A stretch of DNA of 64,000 nucleotides. Origin: an uncultured Candidatus Saccharibacteria bacterium. Its GTDB lineage: Bacteria; Patescibacteriota; Minisyncoccia; Phycocordibacterales; Phycocordibacteraceae. The stretch is from NCBI GenBank assembly GCA_964391975.1, contig CAYMNZ010000001.1, positions 198,978-262,977 of the forward strand. Direction: 5' to 3'. The notes under the pieces were generated by a model that did not search any database, was not told the origin of the DNA, and was given only the letters and a program-made list of their open reading frames with translations. Shown in pieces: positions 48,845-56,802 of the stretch. Made by a program: the position numbers and the translations under genes. The stretch's first letter is position 1. Each line of letters starts with the position of its first letter.

Positions 48845-49098
48845 ACCTTCTGGAAACGGAGTTCCCCGTCATCTCCTGGAAGAAACCATTCTTCAAGCGT
48901 CCGCACGAAAGGGAGGAATTTTCCGTACCGCGCTGTATAGAGGACACAGACTTCACCACCGTAGCGAGAATAAGCATACCCAGTTACCAGGTACTGGTTC
49001 CCGTTTTTGTAATGCTGATAGAGGCCGAGCGGTACGCGCGCTGCAGCCTCCGTCAATAGAGCTTCAAGTTCCTCTTCCGACCGTAGATGTTCACTCAT
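48841..49098 (-). CDS. DUF1653-like protein
   Basis: GLYQHYKNGNQYLV...VLYTARY...VRTLEEW...RF. Confidence 0.75.
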   Translation of the reverse strand: MSEHLRSEEELEALLTEAAARVPLGLYQHYKNGNQYLVTGYAYSRYGGEVCVLYTARYGKFLPFVRTLEEWFLPGDDGELRFQKV

Positions 49099-49129
49099 GG
49101 GGAAAGTATAACTGATACAATACCCCTCC

Positions 49130-50788
49130 ATGCTACAGGCAGAAGCCCTTAACATCCTCAAGACCGGCGCCAATGTCTTCCTTACCGGAGAGCCGGGAAG
49201 CGGGAAGACGCATACGGTAAATGCCTATGTGAGCTGGCTGCGCTCGCACGGCATTGAGCCGTCCATTACCGCTTCAACCGGTATTGCGGCTACCCACATC
49301 CGCGGGATGACTATTCATTCATGGAGTGGCATCGGTATCGCGCACCAGCTGACTCCAGAACTCGTCGACCGCGTTGCATCCAAGGAACATGTGGCGCGTA
49401 GGATTCAAAAGACTAGGGTACTTATCATCGACGAGGTCTCCATGCTCTCAGGTGAGGTGCTTGAGATAATTGATGCAGTCGCAAGGGAAGTGCGGCACAG
49501 TCAACTTCCCTTCGGTGGTATGCAAGTGGTGCTCGTGGGGGACTTCTTTCAGCTACCCCCAGTATCCAACTCTAGGGAAGAAACAACGTTTGCGTTTGAG
49601 TCCTCTGTTTGGGGGAAGCTGAACCCGATTGTCTGCTACCTCTCAGAACAGTTTCGCCAGGACGACCCCGCGTTCCTCACCATTCTTGGCGCCATTCGAG
49701 CAGGAACTCACGACCAGTCGCACATTTCCACTTTGCTTACGCGCGAGAGCGAAGAGGTAACAGAGAACACGCCGATTCTCTTTACCCACAACGAAGATGT
49801 CGACCGCATCAACGACCAGAAACTCGAAGAGCTTCCTGGAAAGGTGAATGTCTACGGTATGAAGGATGAAGGTGCGCCGCCGCTTATCGAGGCACTTAAG
49901 CGCGGCTGTCTGTCGCCAGAAATGCTTGCTCTTAAGGAAGGGGCAGTGGTGATGGCAACCAAGAACAACCCGGCCGGAGGATATGTGAACGGTACGCTCG
50001 GCATCGTTGCAGGCTTTGAGCGGGGAACTAACTACCCTATCGTCGAGACACGTGACGGGACTGACATCATCTTCCAGCCAATGGAATGGGCAGTGGAGGA
50101 GGGCGGAAAGGTGCGGGCTAAGATTACCCAGATTCCCCTTCGGCTTGCCTGGGCCATAACGGTGCATAAGAGTCAGGGCATGAGCATGGACGCAGCGGCT
50201 ATCGACCTCTCACGGGCTTTTGAGTATGGGCAGGGGTACGTGGCGCTTTCCCGCGTCCGGTGTCTCGAGGGCATATGTCTCCTAGGCTGGAGCGAGAACG
50301 CACTTGTGATGCACCCTAAGGTAACGAAGAAGGACGGGGAATTTAGAGAATCGTCTGAAGATGCACGGCTCGCTTTCGATCTTCTTGAGCAAGAGGGGGA
50401 ACGTGCGAAGCTCGAGAAGAATTTCATACTTGCCTCCGGAGGGGTACTCGAGGCAGGTAATGCTCCTGTTCCAGCTATAAGAGTCTCAACGTATGACGCA
50501 ACGCTCGCGCTTCTTAAGGAGGGGAAGATGGTAGGACTTATCGCAAAAGAGCGCGGACTTACCTCGGCAACCGTTGCGGACCACGTCGAGAAATTGGTCG
50601 CTTCCGGTCGCATTGATATTGGTGAGGCACGTAAAGCCATTCCCGAGCGACTTTTGAATGCGCTTCCTGAGATTGAAGCGATGTTCGCAAAGATTGGGCG
50701 TGACAGGCTTGCACCAGTGCACGCACGACTCAAAGGTAAGTACAGTTACGATGATTTAAAGCTTGCGCGTGCGGTGATTGCCGACTAG
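49130..50788 (+). CDS. PIF1-family SF1B helicase with C-terminal HTH
   Basis: TGEPGSGKT, IDEVSM, GDFFQLPPV, QIPLRLAWAITVHKSQG, YVALSR; IAKERGLTSATVADH. Confidence 0.9.
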   Translation: MLQAEALNILKTGANVFLTGEPGSGKTHTVNAYVSWLRSHGIEPSITASTGIAATHIRGMTIHSWSGIGIAHQLTPELVDRVASKEHVARRIQKTRVLIIDEVSMLSGEVLEIIDAVAREVRHSQLPFGGMQVVLVGDFFQLPPVSNSREETTFAFESSVWGKLNPIVCYLSEQFRQDDPAFLTILGAIRAGTHDQSHISTLLTRESEEVTENTPILFTHNEDVDRINDQKLEELPGKVNVYGMKDEGAPPLIEALKRGCLSPEMLALKEGAVVMATKNNPAGGYVNGTLGIVAGFERGTNYPIVETRDGTDIIFQPMEWAVEEGGKVRAKITQIPLRLAWAITVHKSQGMSMDAAAIDLSRAFEYGQGYVALSRVRCLEGICLLGWSENALVMHPKVTKKDGEFRESSEDARLAFDLLEQEGERAKLEKNFILASGGVLEAGNAPVPAIRVSTYDATLALLKEGKMVGLIAKERGLTSATVADHVEKLVASGRIDIGEARKAIPERLLNALPEIEAMFAKIGRDRLAPVHARLKGKYSYDDLKLARAVIAD

Positions 50789-50798
50789 GCTTCAGTAT

Positions 50799-51299
50799 AT
50801 GAAGCGCACTGCGGGTTCCTCCATTTACATGCGCAATGTTATCTTCGGCATCGAAGATAGCCTTGCTGCCACCGTTGGTCTTCTTGCTGGCCTTGCTGCT
50901 GAGGCGGTGCCACTCACAACGATTATCCTCACAGGCTTTGTCTACATCTTTGTGGAAGCGTTCTCGATGGGGGTAGGCAGCTTCCTCTCTGAAGAATCTG
51001 CTGAAGACTACGAAGGCACAAAGAAGGAGGGCTTGAGAACCTTTTATGCAGCAATTGCGATGTTCTTCGCGTGCATTGTGGGAGGATTTGTTCCTCTGCT
51101 GCCGTACTTGGTCACCGAAGGAGTCACTGCTATCTACGCCTCGATTGCGCTTTCGGTCACTTTCCTTGGCGTTATGGGCTTTGCACAGGCCAAGATATCT
51201 CACAAGAAAGTGTGGCCGCGTGTACTGCGTATGGTGCTTCTGGGCGGCACTGCCATTGCAGTGGGTATCATCGTAGGACAGGTGGTGGGGGCGGCGTGA
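50799..51299 (+). CDS. VIT1/CCC1-family transporter
   Basis: RNVIFGIEDSL, AFSMGVGSFLS, GGFVPLLPY. Confidence 0.85.
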   Translation: MKRTAGSSIYMRNVIFGIEDSLAATVGLLAGLAAEAVPLTTIILTGFVYIFVEAFSMGVGSFLSEESAEDYEGTKKEGLRTFYAAIAMFFACIVGGFVPLLPYLVTEGVTAIYASIALSVTFLGVMGFAQAKISHKKVWPRVLRMVLLGGTAIAVGIIVGQVVGAA

Positions 51300-51313
51300 T
51301 AGAATAGGGGCTA

Positions 51314-52348
51314 ATGGCTTTGAAGCGGCTTCCGGGACTTATTGACGTCCACGTGCATTTGCGCGAACCTGGCGCGACTCAAAAAGAGGATTTCTATACT
51401 GGCAGCCGCGCGGCGGTCAAAGGCGGCATCACCTTCATGGTGGATATGCCAAACAACCCAACCCCAACAATTTCTATTGAACGGCTGGATGAGAAGGTGG
51501 CGCTTTCCAAGAAGGCGCTTTGCGATATTGGGTTTCATTTCGGTACCAACGGCAAGAACCTTGAGGAGCTTTCAGCGGCCGCAGCGCGCTCTGAGGTTTT
51601 TGGTCTTAAGATTTACTGCAACCACACCACCGGCGAGATGTTGATTGAAGACCCCGAACTCCTTGAAGGAGTGTTTGGTGCCTGGCCAGTGGGTAAGCCC
51701 ATTCTCGTACACGCTGAAGGCGAGCAGCTTGCGATGGCGATTCGACTTGCAAAGAAGCATGGGCAGCGCCTGCATGTCTGCCACATCACACAGGCCTCAG
51801 AAGTTGAGATGGTACGTGTAGCCAAGTCTGAGGGACTCTCTATATCTGCAGGAGTGTGCCCGCACCACCTCTACATGACGGGAGAAGCACGTGAGCGACT
51901 GAAGGGTCTCGCTATCATGAAGCCACCGCTCGGCACACCAGAAGACCAGGCTGCGCTGTGGGGGGGACTTGTTGATGGGACCATCGACATGGTGGAGACT
52001 GATCACGCTCCACACACTCGTGAAGAGAAGGAAAAAGCAGAACCTGCCTTTGGTGTTACAGGACTTGAGACCTCGCTTTCACTTATGTGGAAGGCAGTAC
52101 AAGACGGAAAGATTACCGAGGAGCGTCTTGTTGAAGTCATGCATTCCGCTGCGAAAAAGGTGTTCAACATTCCTGAGCAGCCTGATACCTACATTGAGGT
52201 CGACACCGATGCCCTGTGGGTAGTTGGAGCGGGCGGTTACGAAACAAAGGCTAATTCTTCACCGTTTGAGGGAATGGAGCTTCCGGGTGTGGTGAAGACG
52301 GTTGTGATTCGGGGGAAGAAAATTGTTGAAGGTGGTACCATATTGTAA
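51314..52348 (+). CDS. pyrC: dihydroorotase
   Basis: PGLIDVHVHLREPG, DMPN, HAE, HVCH, PHHL, TDHAPH. Confidence 0.93.
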   Translation: MALKRLPGLIDVHVHLREPGATQKEDFYTGSRAAVKGGITFMVDMPNNPTPTISIERLDEKVALSKKALCDIGFHFGTNGKNLEELSAAAARSEVFGLKIYCNHTTGEMLIEDPELLEGVFGAWPVGKPILVHAEGEQLAMAIRLAKKHGQRLHVCHITQASEVEMVRVAKSEGLSISAGVCPHHLYMTGEARERLKGLAIMKPPLGTPEDQAALWGGLVDGTIDMVETDHAPHTREEKEKAEPAFGVTGLETSLSLMWKAVQDGKITEERLVEVMHSAAKKVFNIPEQPDTYIEVDTDALWVVGAGGYETKANSSPFEGMELPGVVKTVVIRGKKIVEGGTIL

Positions 52349-52350
52349 CT

Positions 52351-53424
52351 ATGCTTCGTACGCCGTTTTTCGACCCAAATAAGAGCTACTACGAGAACTG
52401 GGAGCAGGGGCCGTTTGGTGATTTTGCTAATGGTGAAGTAGTACCGGAGGGACCTGTGCGCTTTGATTTTCTTGGGGAGAAAATTTCCTATCCAATTGGT
52501 ATTCCTGCCGGCCCGCTCCTGAACGGCCGTTTCGTTGACGCTGCGCTCGATAAGGGATGGACCGTTCCAGTGCACAAGACGGTGCGTAGCAAGACGCATC
52601 CTTGCAATGACTGGCCGAACGTTCTGGCGCTTAAGGATTTCCCAGGAGAACTTTCCATTGAACGTGCACAAGAACCATTGGTTGTGGTGAATAATTATTC
52701 TGAACCTCTTTCAATTACGAACTCGTTCGGAAACCCTTCTTATGAGCCTGAGGTATGGCAGCAGGATCTCAAGAACTCCCTGAAGCATGCGAAAGAAGGA
52801 CAACTCGTCATGTGTTCGTTTGAAGGAACAAAACGCGAAGGAATGTCTTCTGAAGACTACATACAGGAATGGGCCGAAGGTATGAAGATGGTCGCAGACA
52901 CCGGCGTAAAGATAGTTGAAGCGAACTTTAGCTGCCCGAACGAAGGAGCTGCGTCGCTCCTATGTTTTGACGTTCCGAAAGTAAAAACTGTGGTGACAGC
53001 TATAAAAGAGAAGATAGGAAATACTAAGCTCATCATCAAGATTGCCTTCTTTGAGGAAGCTGCACTCCGCGAACTCGTTACCGAAGTAGGAAACATAGTC
53101 GACGGCTTCTCAGCCATTAACACTATTGCAGCACCAGTCGTGAACGAAGATGGTTCTCAAGCTCTTCCGGGAGCTCACCGCGTAAAGAGCGGTATTTGTG
53201 GACATGCTATCAAGTGGGCAGGAATCGACATGGTGAAGCGTCTTGCAGGCTTAAGAAAGGAGCTTGGCATGACCTTCGGCATCATAGGTTGCGGAGGCGT
53301 TACGGTTCCGTCGGATTATAAGGAGTTTCGTGATGCGGGTGCTGATATCGTCATGAGCGCTACCGGTGCCATGTGGAATCCCTATCTCGCCAAGGAGATA
53401 AAGGACGCGTATCCTGACGGATGA
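52351..53424 (+). CDS. pyrD: dihydroorotate dehydrogenase family protein (divergent, Cys-type)
   Basis: GIPAG, KT, TNSFG, NFSCPN, INTI, IIGCGGV; position in the pyr operon. Confidence 0.78.
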   Translation: MLRTPFFDPNKSYYENWEQGPFGDFANGEVVPEGPVRFDFLGEKISYPIGIPAGPLLNGRFVDAALDKGWTVPVHKTVRSKTHPCNDWPNVLALKDFPGELSIERAQEPLVVVNNYSEPLSITNSFGNPSYEPEVWQQDLKNSLKHAKEGQLVMCSFEGTKREGMSSEDYIQEWAEGMKMVADTGVKIVEANFSCPNEGAASLLCFDVPKVKTVVTAIKEKIGNTKLIIKIAFFEEAALRELVTEVGNIVDGFSAINTIAAPVVNEDGSQALPGAHRVKSGICGHAIKWAGIDMVKRLAGLRKELGMTFGIIGCGGVTVPSDYKEFRDAGADIVMSATGAMWNPYLAKEIKDAYPDG

Positions 53425-53425
53425 T

Positions 53426-54067
53426 ATGGACCAGGAAGTACTAAGCATCCTCAAGCGAGTGGGGTCGGTGATTACCGATAGCCACTTTGTCGGCACCTCC
53501 GGTCGACACATGAGTGTGTACGTGAACAAGGACGCGCTTTTCCCACATACGGCAGAGACCTCGCGCGTTTGCGAGCTTTTTGCAGAAAAGAACAAAGATC
53601 TTCCAATAGATATTGTAGTAGGACCAGCTCTAGGTGGAATCATCCTTTCACAATGGACTGCTTCGCACCTATCGAGGATTACCGGACGAGAAATTCTGTC
53701 GGTTTACACCGAGAAGGTTCCTAAGGGCGATGGTGAAGACCAGGTGTTCCGTCGCAGCTATGACCAACTCGTTAAGGGGAAGAACGTGCTTGTGATTGAG
53801 GACACGACGGCAACCGGAGGATCGGCAATAAAGGTGGTGAACACCGTTCGAGGGGTTGAGGGGAATGTCGTGCAGGTGTGCGTGATGGTTAACCGTGACT
53901 CGAACACAATCAATTCTGAATCAATCGGAGCACCTTTCAGTTGGCTTGCCGAACTTCCTGCGGAATCCTGGGCCGAGGAAGAGTGCCCGCTGTGTGCGTC
54001 AGGTGTTCCGGTCAATACCTCGGTTGGGCACGGAAAGAAGTTCCTCGCGAAGAAAGGTCTTGCATGA
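53426..54067 (+). CDS. pyrE: orotate phosphoribosyltransferase
   Basis: HFVGTSGRH, GPALGG, VLVIEDTTATGGS. Confidence 0.88.
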   Translation: MDQEVLSILKRVGSVITDSHFVGTSGRHMSVYVNKDALFPHTAETSRVCELFAEKNKDLPIDIVVGPALGGIILSQWTASHLSRITGREILSVYTEKVPKGDGEDQVFRRSYDQLVKGKNVLVIEDTTATGGSAIKVVNTVRGVEGNVVQVCVMVNRDSNTINSESIGAPFSWLAELPAESWAEEECPLCASGVPVNTSVGHGKKFLAKKGLA

Positions 54068-54645
54068 AAAAGACTACCTACAAAATAGGAGTATTCGGGT
54101 CAGACGCCGGTACTTCTGTTTTGAAGGCAAACAAAACTGCGAAAGCACTAGGGCGTGCGCTTGGGAATGAGAAAGTGCTTGTTGTCACCGGTGCTTGTTC
54201 AGGACTGCCATATATTGCAGCGCATGAAGCTTGGGCGCTTGGCTCCAAGGTATGGGGATATTCTCCTGAGGTCAGTATTTCGGCACAGCACGCTTTTACG
54301 CCAAAGGATGACCTCAGCATATATACCAAGCTTGTCTTTGTACCTAAAAACTATGTATTTGTGCGTAAAGAACGAGTGCGTAAGAAGTACCGAAACGTAA
54401 CTTCTACGGCTACATGTGACGCCGGCATCATTATCTCAGGCAGATGGGGCAGTCTGAACGAGTTCACTAATCTTTTTGACATGGGTAAGGTCATTGGCGT
54501 CCTCACGAAGACTGGGGGAATGGCAGATGAGATTCCTAAGCTCGCGAAGAAAGTCCACAAACCCGGCAAGGCGGTCGTGGTGTATGATTCATCACCAGTA
54601 AGGCTTGTCCGAAAGGTACTTACAGAACTACGGAAACGATCCTGA
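54064..54645 (+). CDS. LOG/SLOG-family Rossmann protein
   Basis: IGVFGS, VVTGACSGLP, KYRN, ISGRWGSLNE. Confidence 0.75.
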   Translation: MKKTTYKIGVFGSDAGTSVLKANKTAKALGRALGNEKVLVVTGACSGLPYIAAHEAWALGSKVWGYSPEVSISAQHAFTPKDDLSIYTKLVFVPKNYVFVRKERVRKKYRNVTSTATCDAGIIISGRWGSLNEFTNLFDMGKVIGVLTKTGGMADEIPKLAKKVHKPGKAVVVYDSSPVRLVRKVLTELRKRS

Positions 54646-54647
54646 CC

Positions 54648-55445
54648 ATGGCAATCATAGACAAATACAACAAGCGTTCCGATGCAATTAACTCCCTTCT
54701 GTGTGTGGGACTTGACCCTGCTTTTGCGAAACTTCCAGAGCGTTTCAAGAACCAACCCTTTCCGCAGTTTGAGTTCAACAAATTTATCATCGATGAGACG
54801 CATCAGTTCGCTGCTGCTTTTAAGCCCAACACTGCCTTCTACGAGGAGCGCGGGGACCAAGGTATGACGGAGCTTAAGATGACGATGGACTACCTTCGTG
54901 AGCGTCACCCAGATATATTCACCATCATCGATGCGAAACGGGCGGATATCGGTAACACCAACGAAGGTTCTGCTACCTTCGTGTTCGCCTGGCTAGGCGC
55001 GGACGCTATTACAGTGAATCCATTTCTCGGACGCGAAGCGCTCGAGCCGTTTCTTGCTCGTAAAGACAAGGCAACCATTGTATTGAGTTTTACCTCCAAT
55101 CCAGGCTCCCAAGAATTCCAGGGACTTCTTGTTGATGGCAAACCGCTTTGGCAGGTCATCACTGATACGGTTGCGCGCGAATGGAACGGAAACGATAACT
55201 GCATGTTCGCTGTAGGCGCGACCCATCCTGATGAGTTCAAAATCATCCGAGAACTTGTCGGGGACATGACACTTCTTGTGCCCGGAGTTGGCGCGCAGGG
55301 CGGAGATGCGCGGACGGTCGTCGAGACAGGAAAGAACTCGCAAGGAAAGGGTCTTATCATCAACGCAAGCCGCAGCATCATCTTTTCGGAAAATCCCGCA
55401 GAAGCAGCAAAGACGCTACAGGAAGAGATAAACTCGTACCGCTAA
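54648..55445 (+). CDS. pyrF: orotidine-5'-phosphate decarboxylase
   Basis: LCVGLDP, FKPNTAFYE, DAKRADIGNT, PGVGAQGG, NASRSI. Confidence 0.95.
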   Translation: MAIIDKYNKRSDAINSLLCVGLDPAFAKLPERFKNQPFPQFEFNKFIIDETHQFAAAFKPNTAFYEERGDQGMTELKMTMDYLRERHPDIFTIIDAKRADIGNTNEGSATFVFAWLGADAITVNPFLGREALEPFLARKDKATIVLSFTSNPGSQEFQGLLVDGKPLWQVITDTVAREWNGNDNCMFAVGATHPDEFKIIRELVGDMTLLVPGVGAQGGDARTVVETGKNSQGKGLIINASRSIIFSENPAEAAKTLQEEINSYR

Positions 55446-55446
55446 C

Positions 55447-56349
55447 ATGCAGCACGTCATTGAGACTCAGCAGTTCGACCGCCCGATGCTCGAGGGGTTC
55501 TTCAAGGACGTCGATAAGCTCGTGAAGAAACACCCAAAGGATGCACTTAAGGGGAAGGTCATGGCGACCTTGTTCTACCAACCTTCGACGCGCACTCGAT
55601 TTTCTTTTGAATCCGCGATGGTGCGATTGGGAGGTTCGGTTATTGGTACAGAAAATGCCGCTGAATTTTCTTCTGCGTCAAAAGGGGAGACACTCGAGGA
55701 TTCCATTCGTATCGTGAACGGATACGCAGATGTAATTGTGTTGCGTCATCCAGAGACAGGGTCTGCGGCAAAGGCGGCTGCAGTGTCCGATGTGCCGGTG
55801 ATTAACGCTGGAGACGGAGTAGGACAACACCCTACCCAAGCCTTGCTGGATTTGTATACCATTTACAAGGAAACCGGTGGCATTGACGGAAAGACGGTTG
55901 TATTCGTTGGAGACCTTAAGCACTACCGGACAGCTCGCTCTCTTGCGTTCGTGCTTCGCTTGTTCAAGAACATCAAGATGATTTTTGTTTCTCCTGAAGA
56001 ATTGAAAATGGGAGAGGACATTAAAGAGAGTCTCACCAAGAATGGTGTTTTGTTTTCAGAGACTACTTCACTTGAAGCGGCGGTAAGGGAGGCGGACGTG
56101 CTCTATATTGGACGCATCCCCAAGGAGTATTTTGAAGATCTTGAAGAGTACAAAAAATTTAAAGGGCATTTTACCCTTACGCGCGAACTCGTGGATACGA
56201 TGAAGTCTGATGCAATTATCATGCACCCTCTTCCACGTGAGACAGAGATTCCAGTTGAGGTAGACTCGTCTCCTCATGCTCGTTACTTTGAGCAGGCCAA
56301 ATACGGCGTCTTTGTGCGCATGGCCCTGCTCCTGAAGGTTCTTCATTGA
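55447..56349 (+). CDS. pyrB: aspartate carbamoyltransferase catalytic subunit
   Basis: PSTRTRFSF, KGETL, HPTQALLD, HPLPR. Confidence 0.96.
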   Translation: MQHVIETQQFDRPMLEGFFKDVDKLVKKHPKDALKGKVMATLFYQPSTRTRFSFESAMVRLGGSVIGTENAAEFSSASKGETLEDSIRIVNGYADVIVLRHPETGSAAKAAAVSDVPVINAGDGVGQHPTQALLDLYTIYKETGGIDGKTVVFVGDLKHYRTARSLAFVLRLFKNIKMIFVSPEELKMGEDIKESLTKNGVLFSETTSLEAAVREADVLYIGRIPKEYFEDLEEYKKFKGHFTLTRELVDTMKSDAIIMHPLPRETEIPVEVDSSPHARYFEQAKYGVFVRMALLLKVLH

Positions 56350-56404
56350 GGTATCATCAGGAATGGGTATCCTTGGCACTCATTAGCCCTAATTACGTAT
56401 ATAC

Positions 56405-56734
56405 ATGCCATTTCTGCACTGGATCATTACCGCAATCGCTATTCTTCTGACCGCCTACCTCCTTCCAGGAGTGGATGTGACCATCCTTGGCGCTATTGTG
56501 CTTGCCGTCGTGCTCGCGCTCATTAACATGTTCGTGAAGCCGGTTGTCGGGTTGCTTACGCTCCCAATTAACATCGTGACCCTTGGCCTGTTCTCGCTCG
56601 TTGTGAACGCACTACTCATTCTGCTTGCAGCAATGGTGGTCCCAGGCTTCACGGTGGATGGTTTCTGGCCAGCCTTCTTCTTCTCGATTGTGCTCTCGCT
56701 TATCACAGCCGTTCTCGGCATCTGGAAGAAGTAG
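56405..56734 (+). CDS. four-TM holin-like (YvlD / Phage_holin_4_2) protein
   Basis: KPVVGLLTLPINIVTLGLFSLVVNA, PGFTVDGFW. Confidence 0.85.
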   Translation: MPFLHWIITAIAILLTAYLLPGVDVTILGAIVLAVVLALINMFVKPVVGLLTLPINIVTLGLFSLVVNALLILLAAMVVPGFTVDGFWPAFFFSIVLSLITAVLGIWKK

Positions 56735-56755
56735 CAACCCGGGCTTGTTTTATCC

Positions 56756-56794
56756 GCAACGCGCTCCTCTTACGGGGCGCGTTGCTGTTATACT
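56756..56794 (+). promoter_or_regulatory. hairpin adjoining extended -10
   Basis: GCAACGCGCTCC...GGGGCGCGTTGC then TGTTATACT 8 nt before ATG 56803. Confidence 0.55.
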
Positions 56795-56802
56795 GAGCGA
56801 GT

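Noticed and set aside
56405-56734. Prophage suggested by the holin-like gene
   Set aside because: This family is commonly chromosomal, and no phage structural, terminase or integrase genes are present.
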